Shown: in pieces, positions 52,764-62,809 of the stretch
Numbering within the stretch: the stretch's first letter is position 1
Layout: each line of letters opens with the position of its first letter
Assembly: GCA_041746975.1 (NCBI GenBank)
Contig: JBGTGB010000058.1
Span: 3,855-67,854, forward strand
DNA length: 64,000 nucleotides
Direction of reading: 5' to 3'
Source: Haliea sp.
GTDB lineage: Bacteria > Pseudomonadota > Gammaproteobacteria > Pseudomonadales > Halieaceae
Position numbers and translations under genes: made by a program
The notes under the pieces: generated by a model
Database searches by the model: none
Seen by the model: only the letters and a program-made list of their open reading frames with translations
What the model was told of the DNA's origin: nothing

Positions 52764-53224
52764 CAGACCGACTGCTTTCTGGCGACGAGAAAGACGCCAG
52801 CGACGATCAGCACTGCTCCCAGCATTCGCGGCAGGGACATTTCAATTCTGGGATAGCCGAGCCAGCCGTTGTGGTCCAGCACCATGGACGCCAGCAGCTG
52901 GCCGCCGACGATGCTGATGGCGAGCGTCAATGCCCCCAGTTTAGGTGCCAGATACACTGACATGGCGACATTGAAAGCGCCGAGCAGGCCACCCAGCCAT
53001 GCCCACCAGGGAATGTCTGTCAGGGCCTCCGCCGCGGGCCAGGGCGCGTCGAGCAGGAGGGCAATCACGCCCAGAAGCAGCGTGCCGGTGAGAAAAGACA
53101 GGAATGCGGCCTGAATGGGCGAGTGCAGGGCGAGCCTTAGCTGTGCATTGACGCCGGCCTGTGAGGCGGCGCAGGCGCCGGCCAGGAGGCTGCAGAGCAG
53201 CAGGAAAGTGGTGCTGAGAGTCAT
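52763..53224 (-). CDS. DMT family transporter (YdcZ/DUF606-like), tandem paralog
   Basis: QAGVNAQL, AAFLSFLTG, PWWAWLGG, LAPKLGA, GQLLASMVLD; TGATG coupling. Confidence 0.85.
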   Translation of the reverse strand: MTLSTTFLLLCSLLAGACAASQAGVNAQLRLALHSPIQAAFLSFLTGTLLLGVIALLLDAPWPAAEALTDIPWWAWLGGLLGAFNVAMSVYLAPKLGALTLAISIVGGQLLASMVLDHNGWLGYPRIEMSLPRMLGAVLIVAGVFLVARKQSV

Positions 53225-53328
53225 CACCAAAAACCACCCGAATGTACGTGTGCTGTGTCCGCGAGAAACGGGAGTGTATCATCGGCCATGACCTACTATA
53301 CGCCCCGCAGCAAAGAGAGTGAGAATCC

Positions 53329-54546
53329 ATGTCCATTCTGAGATTGGGCCTCGTTCCCCAGATCCTTATTGGCGTAGCACTCGGGGCCCTGCTGGGGTGG
53401 CTTGTACCGGGATTGGCGGCACCGCTGGGTCTGCTGGGTGAGCTCTTTGTTGGCATGCTGAAAGCGGTGGCGCCGCTACTGGTGCTGCTACTGGTAATGT
53501 CCGCCATCGCCAACAAGCACGAGAGTGGCAGCGACGGACGGAAGTCACTGCTGACGCTGGCTCTGTATCTGGCGGGCACGGTGTGCGCTGCAGTAGTCGC
53601 AGTGTTAATGAGCCAGCTGTTTCCGCAGACCATTGCGCTCAGTGAGGGCGCCACGGGCAGTCCACCGCTGGCGGTGACTGCGGTGCTCGCCGATGTCCTG
53701 TTCAAACTCATCGACAACCCGGTGAATGCGCTGCTCACGGGCAACTTCCTCGGCTGCCTGACCTGGGCCATTCTGCTGGGTCTGAGCTTCCGCAAAGCCA
53801 ACAACACGTTCAAGGAGCATCTGCAGACGCTGGCCAAGGGTGTCACCGATATTGTCGGCTATGTCATCCGTCTGGCACCGCTGGGTATCTTCGGGCTGGT
53901 CTGCGCCACGGTGGCGACTACCGGTCTGTCGGCGCTGGTAGGCTATGCCAGCCTGGCCGGGCTGCTGGTCGCCTGCATGCTGGTGATGGCGCTGCTGGTC
54001 AACCCGCTGCTGGTGTTTCTGCTGATCCAGCGCAACCCCTACCCGATTGTCTTCAGGTGTCTGGAGGAGTCAGGAATCACCGCATTCTTTACTCGCAGCT
54101 CCGCCGCCAACATTCCGGTCAATCTCAACCTGGCGAAGAAAATGGGTATCAGCGAAGAACTCTATGCGGTGACCATCCCGATCGGTGCCACCGTCAATAT
54201 GGCCGGTGCGGCAATCACCATCACGGTCCTTAGCCTGGCTGCTGCCAATACCCTGGGGATCGAGGTGTCCCTGGCCACAGCCCTGCTGCTCTGTGTTATC
54301 TCCGCCCTAGCTGCCTGCGGCGCCAGCGGGGTGCCATCCGGCAGCCTGTTGCTGGTGCCGCTGGCCTGTTCCCTGTTTGGCATTCCGCTGGACGTTGCCA
54401 TGCAGGTTGTGGCGGTGGGCTTTGTCATCAGTGTCATTCAGGATTCAGCGGAGACGGCACTGAATTCCAGCACTGACGTCATCTACACCTATGCCGTGGA
54501 TCAGCTGCCAGTACCGGCAAGCGAGAGCCGGGAGGCCACGGTATGA
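53329..54546 (+). CDS. sstT: Serine/threonine:Na+ symporter SstT (DAACS family)
   Basis: [65 protein letters not shown]. Confidence 0.92.
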   Translation: MSILRLGLVPQILIGVALGALLGWLVPGLAAPLGLLGELFVGMLKAVAPLLVLLLVMSAIANKHESGSDGRKSLLTLALYLAGTVCAAVVAVLMSQLFPQTIALSEGATGSPPLAVTAVLADVLFKLIDNPVNALLTGNFLGCLTWAILLGLSFRKANNTFKEHLQTLAKGVTDIVGYVIRLAPLGIFGLVCATVATTGLSALVGYASLAGLLVACMLVMALLVNPLLVFLLIQRNPYPIVFRCLEESGITAFFTRSSAANIPVNLNLAKKMGISEELYAVTIPIGATVNMAGAAITITVLSLAAANTLGIEVSLATALLLCVISALAACGASGVPSGSLLLVPLACSLFGIPLDVAMQVVAVGFVISVIQDSAETALNSSTDVIYTYAVDQLPVPASESREATV

Positions 54547-55322
54547 AGCTGCGACAGTATCAGGTCGACGCCTTTGCCAGCCGTGTCTTCGAAGGCAATC
54601 CCGCGGCAGTTTGCCCGCTCGAGTCCTGGCTTGCTGACACGCTCCTGCAGGCCATAGCGATGGAGAACAATCTCTCCGAGACCGCGTATCTGGTGCCTGC
54701 GGGAAATAATTTCCAGCTGCGCTGGTTCACCCCCTCAACCGAGGTGGACCTCTGTGGCCACGCCACCCTGGCAGCAGCCCATGTGCTCTACACCGAGCTG
54801 GGCTACAGCGCCGACTACGTCCGCTTCGATACCCGCAGTGGCGAGCTGAGCGTGCGTCGGGACGGCGATCAGTACGTGCTGGACTTTCCCGTAAGTGTCC
54901 CCGAAATCTGCGCGGCGCCCGCTGGTCTGGCCGCGGCCCTGGGGCGGGAGCCAGAAGCGGTGCTGGCAGCGGATGACCTGGTGGCGGTGTTCGCCAGCGA
55001 GGACGAAGTGCGGAGACTGGAGCCTGATCAGGTTCTGCTAGCCGCGTTGGACTATCGAGGCGTTATCGTCACCGCGCCCGGGCAACAGCACGATTTCGTT
55101 AGCCGGTTCTTCGCCCCCAGGGTGGGGGTTCCCGAAGATCCGGTAACCGGTTCCGCGCATTGCAAGCTGGTGCCCTACTGGGCGCAGCGTCTGGGCAAGC
55201 TCAGGATGAGTGCGCGCCAGGTTTCCCGGCGCGGTGGTGATCTGACAGTGGAACTGCGCGGCGACCGGGTGCATATGGCTGGCCGCGCAGTGCTGTTCAT
55301 GGCAGGGCAGATCCGACTTTAA
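54543..55322 (+). CDS. PhzF family isomerase (YddE-like)
   Basis: [43 protein letters not shown]. Confidence 0.92.
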   Translation: MKLRQYQVDAFASRVFEGNPAAVCPLESWLADTLLQAIAMENNLSETAYLVPAGNNFQLRWFTPSTEVDLCGHATLAAAHVLYTELGYSADYVRFDTRSGELSVRRDGDQYVLDFPVSVPEICAAPAGLAAALGREPEAVLAADDLVAVFASEDEVRRLEPDQVLLAALDYRGVIVTAPGQQHDFVSRFFAPRVGVPEDPVTGSAHCKLVPYWAQRLGKLRMSARQVSRRGGDLTVELRGDRVHMAGRAVLFMAGQIRL

Positions 55323-55339
55323 ATGTAACGCCTGCGCAG

Positions 55340-57748
55340 TTAAAACTCGTAGCGAGCATCCACGCCAAAAGCGCGCAGTTCACGATAGGTGTTGATGGCA
55401 AAACCCAGCACCCCGAAATCGATACCAAATTCGCGTATCTTTTCATTGGTCAGGTTGCGACCCCACAAGCCTACCTCGAGGTTTCCACGCGCAACTGGAA
55501 TGTCGCGCAGGGTGAGGCGGGCATTGAGCAGGTCATGCGCCGACACCGAGTCGAAGTTATTGAGCTGATTGTGGAAACCGCGGTTGTCGGCGTAGGTCAT
55601 GTCTGCCCGTGCTACCAGCGTCCCAACGGATGTGGCTGGAAAAGTGTACTGCGCAATCAGTGCGGCCGTATGTTCCGGCGCATGCACGTTGGTGGACGCA
55701 AAATCTTTGATCTCTCCTTCCCCCTGGGGTAGGCCGGTGATGGGGTTGGCAATACCTGTGACAAAAGTATCGAAGTCGATTTTCAGGTAGCCGTAGTTCG
55801 CCTGCAGCAACAGGCCTTCTAACGGCAGCAGTGTCAGGTCGATTTCTACGCCGGTGGCGGTGCTCTCGCCGGCATTGACGACGCGGGTAGAGGCGCCGCC
55901 CGAGCCCGCTTCGAACTGTGCTACCTGCCGATCGGTATAATCCATGTAGAACAGGGCGCCATTGAGGCGGGCACGCCGATCCCACAGTTCGGATTTCAGG
56001 CCCAGTTCGAAGGCGACGATCTCTTCCTCATCGGCGGGGCGGGTGAAGGAGGAGACCGTGGTTGCGCGTGCATTGTAGCCGCCCGAACGGAAGGCTGAGG
56101 ACGCTGTAAAATAGGTGTTGACGTCCGGCGTCCACTGGTAGGACAGGGTCATCATCGGGCTGAAGTTGGTCCAGGTGGTACTGTCCTTCACAGTGTCTAC
56201 ACGCCCGAGATCCGAGAAATTGGTCGTCAGCGAAGCCTCCTTCCAGTCCTTGGACAGACGTGCTCCGACGGTGATGTCAAAGTCCTGGGTCAGGGACCAG
56301 GTTGCCTGACCGTAGGCTGCGACGGCATCGTTATCAATACCGTAGGCGAAGTCGGGATTGCCGAGGCGTACACTTTTGCCGATGCAGGCGGCGGGCCCCT
56401 GACCCTGGCAGAGGAACTGCTGTACCGGCAGGGGCTGCTGGCCAAAGGCGACAATGGCGGGTAGTACAAACCGCTGTGGGTTGAATTCTTCAGCCTCCTC
56501 GTGGAAGAAATATACGCCGGCGGTGTAGTTCAGACGATCGTCGAAGGCCGTACCCATGAGTTGAAACTCCTGGGTGACCTGATCCTGCTCGCTGAATCGC
56601 GTCGCAGCAAAACTCGATACGAATTCACCGGCGGGTATAAAGGTGCCGGTCGGGCCATTCAGCACCGTGTTGGCTGCAACGGGGACCATGCCAAAGCTGG
56701 TGCCTCTGGCGTGGCTGTCCCAATCGCGGTAGGAGGTGATGGATTTCAGGGTCACGTTTCCCAGGTTCCACTCCAGCGTCAACGCGTGGCCGGTAACGTC
56801 CGATGTGCCTTCGTCACTGCGGTTATCGCGCAGGGGCAGAGCACTCAATCGGTCCGGTGATGACACTGCCGCCAGTTGCTGATAAAACGCGCCACCCAGG
56901 CCAATATGGAAGGGGCGTACATGGCTCAGTTGCGAGGTCTGGTTGTTTTCCTGGCGTTCGGACCAGTCCCAGACGTAGTCTGCGGTGAAGTTCTCCGTCG
57001 GTGTCCAACGCAGCGCCGCGCGGGCGGCATCGGACTTGTACTCCCCGAGATCGTCGCCCGTGTACAGGCTCTTCACGTTACCGTCGTGCTGGCTGCGATG
57101 GTAGGAAATCTTGGCGGCAAAATCGCCAAATTTAGGGGTGTCCACACTGGTTGTGCTGCGGAAGAAGCCTCGCTCCCCAAAGGTCAGCGCCTGGGAGAAG
57201 CCGAATTCCCCCGCCGGCCGTTTGGTGACCAGATTGATAGCCCCGCCGGTGGAGTTCCGGCCATAAAGAGTACCCTGGGGACCGCGCAGCACTTCAATGC
57301 GCTCCAGGTCAACGATGTCGAAGGCGGCGCCGGTGCTGCGGCCAAGATACACACCGTCGACATACAGGCCGACTGCCGGGTCCGTGGTGAGTGCGGTTTC
57401 CACGGCCGCCACTCCACGGATCGCTATGCCCAGATTGGACTGGGAACCGGGCTGTTTGTTGATACGGATATTGGGGATGTAGTCTGCTACCTGCGAAGCC
57501 TCGAAGGCGCCAATGGCCTGCAATTCCATCTCGCCCATGACGGCTACCGAAATGGGCGTTTCCTGCAGGCCCGCTTCCCGGCGCTCCGCGGTGACGATGA
57601 CCTCTTCCAGGGCAGTGCTGCGCGCCGGAGTCTGGGCCGTGGTCTGCGCCATGGCGGCGCCACTCAACAGGCAGATAGCGCTACCGATAATGGACTTTTG
57701 AAACACGGAGTGTCGTTCAACAACAGAATTACTGCGCAGGAATTTCAT
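55340..57748 (-). CDS. TonB-dependent receptor
   Basis: Signal peptide, LEEVIVTAERR, IEVLRGPQGTLYGRNSTGGAIN, C-terminal GVDARYEF. Confidence 0.95.
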   Translation of the reverse strand: MKFLRSNSVVERHSVFQKSIIGSAICLLSGAAMAQTTAQTPARSTALEEVIVTAERREAGLQETPISVAVMGEMELQAIGAFEASQVADYIPNIRINKQPGSQSNLGIAIRGVAAVETALTTDPAVGLYVDGVYLGRSTGAAFDIVDLERIEVLRGPQGTLYGRNSTGGAINLVTKRPAGEFGFSQALTFGERGFFRSTTSVDTPKFGDFAAKISYHRSQHDGNVKSLYTGDDLGEYKSDAARAALRWTPTENFTADYVWDWSERQENNQTSQLSHVRPFHIGLGGAFYQQLAAVSSPDRLSALPLRDNRSDEGTSDVTGHALTLEWNLGNVTLKSITSYRDWDSHARGTSFGMVPVAANTVLNGPTGTFIPAGEFVSSFAATRFSEQDQVTQEFQLMGTAFDDRLNYTAGVYFFHEEAEEFNPQRFVLPAIVAFGQQPLPVQQFLCQGQGPAACIGKSVRLGNPDFAYGIDNDAVAAYGQATWSLTQDFDITVGARLSKDWKEASLTTNFSDLGRVDTVKDSTTWTNFSPMMTLSYQWTPDVNTYFTASSAFRSGGYNARATTVSSFTRPADEEEIVAFELGLKSELWDRRARLNGALFYMDYTDRQVAQFEAGSGGASTRVVNAGESTATGVEIDLTLLPLEGLLLQANYGYLKIDFDTFVTGIANPITGLPQGEGEIKDFASTNVHAPEHTAALIAQYTFPATSVGTLVARADMTYADNRGFHNQLNNFDSVSAHDLLNARLTLRDIPVARGNLEVGLWGRNLTNEKIREFGIDFGVLGFAINTYRELRAFGVDARYEF

Positions 57749-57887
57749 GGCATCTCCAGGGTGTGGGCATTACTTATGTTATGTTTTTGACCGCGGTTAG
57801 CTTAGACCATCACAGGCAGCTGATGCAAGCGCGGCCGGCGGGAAGCCAGCATGGTTTAAAAATGGCTGGTGCAGCCGCGTGCTATAG

Positions 57888-59735
57888 CTAGCCGCCGTAG
57901 CATTGCCTGACCGCTTCTGCACCATCCTTGCGGATTGCCTGATACTTGTCCCAGAACGCAGCGTCAATGCCGCGGAGGTAGGCATTGGTGTTGTCCTGGC
58001 GATAACGGGTCAGGTGCCGCGGTCCGCCGTTGTAGACGCCGTAGGTGGCTCGCGCCAGATCGTGGATATCGCCCCGCACCTCGTGTTCCTTGCGTTTGAT
58101 TGCATAGTCGACCAGATAATGGGAGAGGATCTCGTTTCCGGCGCGGGCGTTATAACCGACATTTTTTAGCAGTGCATCCAGATCATAAATGTTGCGCCAG
58201 ACATGCTGATTGATCTGCATCAGCCCCACCGAGCCTGCGGAAGACTGGATCGGGGTGACCTTGCCTTTGGTCTCGACGAATTGGCGCCAGCAGGACTCCT
58301 GCCAGGCGGTGGCTCGCATCATGTCTTCGTAGAGCTCAAAGTACTCAGCGGGCACCTTGCCGCGCTTGCGCTCAGCGGCAATGCTTTCATCCAGCAACTG
58401 CTCCATGGTTCGCAGGTAGCGATCCAGGTCATTCGGAGCTGGAATCCAGCCGGTCAGTTGTTTCACCAGCGCGGGGCTCACAGCCGCCGCCTGGGCGGGC
58501 GCTATCAGCCAGGCAAAAGGGCCGGCCGCAGGGGTGTCCTCCAGGGGCTCCAATTCCAGCTCCGGTTCCAGCCCCAGCAATTGCCGCAGCTGCGGATCAA
58601 CCCGGGAGTCGTAGGCCAGTTGTTCCTCGGTAACCGCCGGCGCCAGCATGCGTGCCATCCGCCGCAGGGTGTTGCTGTCCAGGGCCAGGCCGAGGTGTGG
58701 GGCGGCGATATCCAGGGCTTCGAGGGCGTTGGCGGCACTGACGAAGGTTGCCACTTGCATGCCGCGGGCACCGGGCAGGTTGAGATCAGTGCTGCGCAGT
58801 AGCGGAGCCAGGCGTGCCCAGGTGGAGAGAAACAGGCTGCGCACGGGGTCGTGATCGCGAACGTCGGCTGCCAGGGCATCCCGCAATTCGTGCCTCGCCT
58901 CCAACAGGATTTCCGCCAGTGTGGCGCGTAATTCGGGTTCCGCGGGCGTTGCCAGATCCTTGACCAGCCAGGTGGCAAAGGCGTCCCAGGATTGCCACGC
59001 GGCGTCCCAGGCGGCCAGTTCCTCCGGCGTCAGCGCAGTTTCCTCCGTTGGCGCCCAATCGGGCGGGGGGGCAGGTGCCTCCAGGGAAAAAGTCACGCTC
59101 ATGGCGTCCGTCTCGGCGCGCGCGGATTGCAGGTTCAGGGAGTTGGCGATGAGCCCGGGATCCGCTTCCCCGACCGGCAGTGCGTCCTGGAGCAGGGCGC
59201 GCAGATCGGTGACTGCGGGCCCGAAATCGATGTTGACGGCCCCGAGGCGGGGGTGGACCTGATCCTTGATCCAGTTCCAGACTACCCCGGACATGTTCCG
59301 TTGCCCCTCGACGTCGCCGCCGAGGATGTTTGAATCGGTGACCCGGAAGCTGACCCGCCCGCTGCCCGGCTCGACCAGGGCCTCCTTGAACGTCTCGATG
59401 CTGCCGTTCCAGGCGAAAGGCAGCAAGCAGCGCCCTCCCACCGGGGTGCCGGCGCGGGCGCTCACCCGGGTGGTCAACCGCAGCAGGCCGGTGTCTGTAC
59501 CCTCGACCCGGGGGTCGTGGAGCATCAGGTAGTTGCAGTCGTTGCGGTCCCGGAACAGTTCGGCGTTGCCCTCCGGACCCTGGAAAACCTGCTGCTTCAG
59601 TGCGTCGCTGACGACCGCGTAGTCCAGGCTGACCGGCAGTTCAATGGATACCGCCAGCACCGGGAGCGGAAGCAGTGCCGGCAGCGCCCAGCACAGGCGC
59701 ACGGCGATCCAATGACGGCAAACGAAACGGTACAT
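57888..59735 (-). CDS. Exported protein with C-terminal SLT lytic transglycosylase domain and large N-terminal beta-rich domain
   Basis: ATAWQESCW (catalytic Glu), GSVGLMQIN, YNARAG, YNGGP; signal peptide; start codon uncertain. Confidence 0.75.
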   Translation of the reverse strand: MYRFVCRHWIAVRLCWALPALLPLPVLAVSIELPVSLDYAVVSDALKQQVFQGPEGNAELFRDRNDCNYLMLHDPRVEGTDTGLLRLTTRVSARAGTPVGGRCLLPFAWNGSIETFKEALVEPGSGRVSFRVTDSNILGGDVEGQRNMSGVVWNWIKDQVHPRLGAVNIDFGPAVTDLRALLQDALPVGEADPGLIANSLNLQSARAETDAMSVTFSLEAPAPPPDWAPTEETALTPEELAAWDAAWQSWDAFATWLVKDLATPAEPELRATLAEILLEARHELRDALAADVRDHDPVRSLFLSTWARLAPLLRSTDLNLPGARGMQVATFVSAANALEALDIAAPHLGLALDSNTLRRMARMLAPAVTEEQLAYDSRVDPQLRQLLGLEPELELEPLEDTPAAGPFAWLIAPAQAAAVSPALVKQLTGWIPAPNDLDRYLRTMEQLLDESIAAERKRGKVPAEYFELYEDMMRATAWQESCWRQFVETKGKVTPIQSSAGSVGLMQINQHVWRNIYDLDALLKNVGYNARAGNEILSHYLVDYAIKRKEHEVRGDIHDLARATYGVYNGGPRHLTRYRQDNTNAYLRGIDAAFWDKYQAIRKDGAEAVRQCYGG

Positions 59736-59750
59736 CTACACTTCCTGGGT

Positions 59751-59788
59751 TAAAGGGTCAGGTCCCTTTATTTTAAAGGGGTCAGGTC
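59751..59788. repeat. Short palindromic/direct repeat pair (REP-like)
   Basis: TAAAGGG-TCAGGT-CCCTTTA hairpin then TAAAGGGGTCAGGTC direct copy. Confidence 0.5.
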
Positions 59789-59812
59789 GATTATTGTAGC
59801 ATCCCCTCCCTC

Positions 59813-61057
59813 TTAAGCCCCGTCCTTCTGCTCCAGGCCGGAGATGATCGCGTCGACGTCCACGCTGTCACCCGCCAGCGTGTGGGTGATCGATTTCAGC
59901 TGCTGCAGGGAAACGCGCCCCCGCTTGCTTGCCAATTCCCGGGCGACGTCGTCCAGACCTGCAGCGCCGTCGGTTGCCTCCTCCAGCGCCAGATGCAACC
60001 GGTGCATGAACACCGCCGCGCGGGCGGTGACCGGTCCGGAGGAACGCTTCACGAACAGGGTATCGGCCTTGCGGCCCCAGTTTTCCTTCCAGGCCACGGT
60101 CTGCTGGTAACGGAGATCGCTGAGCGCCCCCGAGCGCCAGAGGATGTTGGCGGCGTAGTATTCGGCCAGTCCCTCGACGATCCAGTCCGCGTCCTTACCG
60201 CCATGGATACCGGTAGCCACGTGCACCAGCTCGTGGATCATGCTGCTGGTACGGTTGCCGCTGACCAGCGGCCGTTCGGCGTGCATGAACAGCGAGCGGG
60301 TACCCGACAGGCCACCCCGCCACATGGGATTGCCGGCGGTCACGACCAGCAGGCGCTCGGGGAAACCGGGAAACACACTTTTGATATCCGGGATTGTCCA
60401 GCCAAGGAACGCCAGCGTGTCCTGCAGGCGCCCGCCCTGGCCGGCCGGGGCCGCAACGCGGACGTCGATGCCGGCTATGACGTCCTGGCGGCTGGTGATA
60501 TTGCCAAGTATCAGCCAGCCTTTCGGCCGTGGCAGGCGGCGCCCGGGGTCGACAATCCGGTAGTGATTGCTGTTGGCGCTGGTGCTGGCGTAGGGTGCTG
60601 CAGAGGACCAGCCGGGCGGCAACTCAAACTGGATTTCGGCGTTCGCAGTGAGCCCTTTGGCCACGGTCGCGGTAATTGGCGGGACCAGCTTGTCGCTGCG
60701 CAGGATGGCCCATTCATCGGTCAGGAGCGAGTCATAGCTGCCGCTGGCTTTTTGCTCGCTGAGCACGAACTCGTAGTGCAGGCTGGCTTCGGGGCCCTGA
60801 GGTGCCCAGGTGGCGGTGTCGCCATCCAGTGTGAGTCCAGCGTCGCTGTGCACCCCAAGGTGCCGACCGGGATCAAGGTGGAGCACCAGTTTCCTGGGCA
60901 GGCGCTCCCCCAGAAGCCGGATCTCCACCCTGGCAACTTCGCTGTCGGGGCTGATTGCGGCGCGGTAGAGCAGCTCGTAGTCGGCAGCGCGTGTGGAAGC
61001 TGTGCCCAGGGCGAGTAGCAATGTCAGGAGTGAGAAGAGGTACAGACGGGGGGTCAT
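59813..61057 (-). CDS. Exported gluzincin-type Zn metallopeptidase (M61/M1-like)
   Basis: HELVH followed by WIVEGLAEYY; signal peptide from ATG 61057. Confidence 0.7.
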   Translation of the reverse strand: MTPRLYLFSLLTLLLALGTASTRAADYELLYRAAISPDSEVARVEIRLLGERLPRKLVLHLDPGRHLGVHSDAGLTLDGDTATWAPQGPEASLHYEFVLSEQKASGSYDSLLTDEWAILRSDKLVPPITATVAKGLTANAEIQFELPPGWSSAAPYASTSANSNHYRIVDPGRRLPRPKGWLILGNITSRQDVIAGIDVRVAAPAGQGGRLQDTLAFLGWTIPDIKSVFPGFPERLLVVTAGNPMWRGGLSGTRSLFMHAERPLVSGNRTSSMIHELVHVATGIHGGKDADWIVEGLAEYYAANILWRSGALSDLRYQQTVAWKENWGRKADTLFVKRSSGPVTARAAVFMHRLHLALEEATDGAAGLDDVARELASKRGRVSLQQLKSITHTLAGDSVDVDAIISGLEQKDGA

Positions 61058-61208
61058 GGTCAACCTGGATGAAGAGGGCAGGGGTGCAGGATACCAGTGC
61101 TGCCGGGCCAAACCTATAGCGGTGGCAATCGCGGCAGCTAGCTCGTACTATTTACCTATAGCGGCCTCAGTGCCGTGTCAGCACAACAAACAACAGGGGA
61201 TGGGAATC

Positions 61209-61922
61209 ATGAACGAGCAGCAAGAGCAGCAAGAGCAGCAAAAGACTTTCGACATCAATCAGGTCATTGCCCAGGCGAAGGCGGTCATCACCAATCCTGT
61301 GGGCTTTTACCAGACCATGCCCAAGAGTGGCGGCTACGGTAATCCGGTAATCTTCGTCGCGGTGATGGGCGCGGTGATGGGTCTCATTACTGCGGTGCTT
61401 TCATTCTTCGGTTCGGCGGCGGGCATGCTGGCGGCGGGTCTGGGTGCGATCATAATCATGCCTATCTTTGCCGTGCTGGGCGCGTTTATCGGTGCCGCCA
61501 TTCTGTATGTAATCTGGAAGCTGATGGGTTCGGCCGAGAGCTATGAAACCGCGTTTCGCTGTCAGGCCTCTGCCGCAGCGATCTACCCTATCTCGGCGCT
61601 GCTGGCGATCGTGCCCTATATCGGCAGCATCGTGATGATCGCCTGGGGTGCGTTCCTGATGATTGAGGCCAGCGTGTCGGTGCACGGCCGCGAGCGCAGG
61701 ACTGCGCAGATTGTATTCGGTGTCCTGGCGGCGCTTTTAATCCTGTCGAATATTGCCAGCGAGCGCGCCGCGCGGCAGATGGAGGCGCGGATGGAACGCA
61801 TGGGCAACCAGTTCCAGGGTATCGAGGACATGTCGCCCGAAGAAGCCGGGCGCAAAATGGGCGAGTTTTTCAAAGGCCTGGAAGAGGGCGCCAACAGGAC
61901 CGCCCCCAGTCAGGACGACTGA
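61209..61922 (+). CDS. YIP1 family membrane protein
   Basis: AVITNPVGFY, five hydrophobic segments, SYETAFR; N-terminal (GAGCAGCAA)x3 repeat at 61215-61241. Confidence 0.75.
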   Translation: MNEQQEQQEQQKTFDINQVIAQAKAVITNPVGFYQTMPKSGGYGNPVIFVAVMGAVMGLITAVLSFFGSAAGMLAAGLGAIIIMPIFAVLGAFIGAAILYVIWKLMGSAESYETAFRCQASAAAIYPISALLAIVPYIGSIVMIAWGAFLMIEASVSVHGRERRTAQIVFGVLAALLILSNIASERAARQMEARMERMGNQFQGIEDMSPEEAGRKMGEFFKGLEEGANRTAPSQDD

Positions 61923-62809
61923 TCGCCGCTGCGCCGCTCGCGCACCCCCTGCAATTGCTTGCAGAGGTCCCCGGCTCCTTCCAGCACTCGCGCCGTCGGG
62001 CGCTGGATCAGATCCGGGTCGACCACCAACAGGCCACCCCGCAGGGCGCGCAGGCCCGGGTAGCGGTGCCAGTCAGTCAGCCACTCGGGATGCGCACTAC
62101 CCATGCCGCCTGCGACTATGGCATCGGGGTTGCGTGCCAGCACAGATTCCATATTGATCCGCGGCGCCAGGGTGGCGACGTCGGCAAAGATATTGACGCC
62201 GCCACACAGGCCGATCACCTGGCTGATCAGATGATCGCCGTTGATCGTCTGCAGGGGCTCGTGCCAGATCTGGTAAAACACTGAAACCCGGATGGCGTCT
62301 CGATAGCGCTGCGCCAGCTCCGCAAATCCCTGCTCCAGCCGCAGCGCTGAGGCCTCGGCACTGACGCCCGTTCCGCCCAGCTCGCCCAGCAAACGGATGC
62401 TGGCGGGAATGTCAGATAGTTGGCGCAGCTCGCTCACGTAAATCGGTATCCCCAGCCGCTCCAGCTTGTCCAAAGCGCCGGCGCCGTTGCCCGAACCCCA
62501 CATCAGAATCAGATCTGGCCGCGCAGCGACTATCTGTTCCAGGCTGAAAGCATTGAAGGAGCCGACCTGGGGCAGGCCGCGAGCTGCCTCGGGAAAGTTA
62601 CTGTAGCTGACCACCCCGACCAGCCGCTCGCCGGCGCCCGCGCTGTAGAGATTCTCGACGATATGCGGCGCGAGCGCGACGATGCGCTGCGCTGGCGCCG
62701 GCAGGGTCACCGTGCGACCCTGGAAATCGACCACGCTGACAGGCTCCGCCCGGGCAGTCCCCGCAAGCGCCAGCAGCAGGCAGAGCAGGATGAGTGGGCG
62801 CGCCGTCAC
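61910..62809 (-). CDS. btuF: Periplasmic cobalamin-binding protein, BtuF-like
   Basis: QRIVALAPHIVENLY, GVVSYSNFP, EQIVAARPDL, INMESVLARNPD, QRPTAR; GTG start overlapping upstream stop. Confidence 0.8.
   Translation of the reverse strand: MTARPLILLCLLLALAGTARAEPVSVVDFQGRTVTLPAPAQRIVALAPHIVENLYSAGAGERLVGVVSYSNFPEAARGLPQVGSFNAFSLEQIVAARPDLILMWGSGNGAGALDKLERLGIPIYVSELRQLSDIPASIRLLGELGGTGVSAEASALRLEQGFAELAQRYRDAIRVSVFYQIWHEPLQTINGDHLISQVIGLCGGVNIFADVATLAPRINMESVLARNPDAIVAGGMGSAHPEWLTDWHRYPGLRALRGGLLVVDPDLIQRPTARVLEGAGDLCKQLQGVRERRSGDQSS

Noticed and set aside
53241-53254. AATGTACGT match to the island operator upstream of the DMT pair
   Set aside because: Only the left 9 bp match, the right arm is absent and it lies far from the island
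61215-61241. (GAGCAGCAA)x3 tandem repeat as a phase-variation tract
   Set aside because: A 9-bp unit keeps the frame and only encodes an EQQ linker
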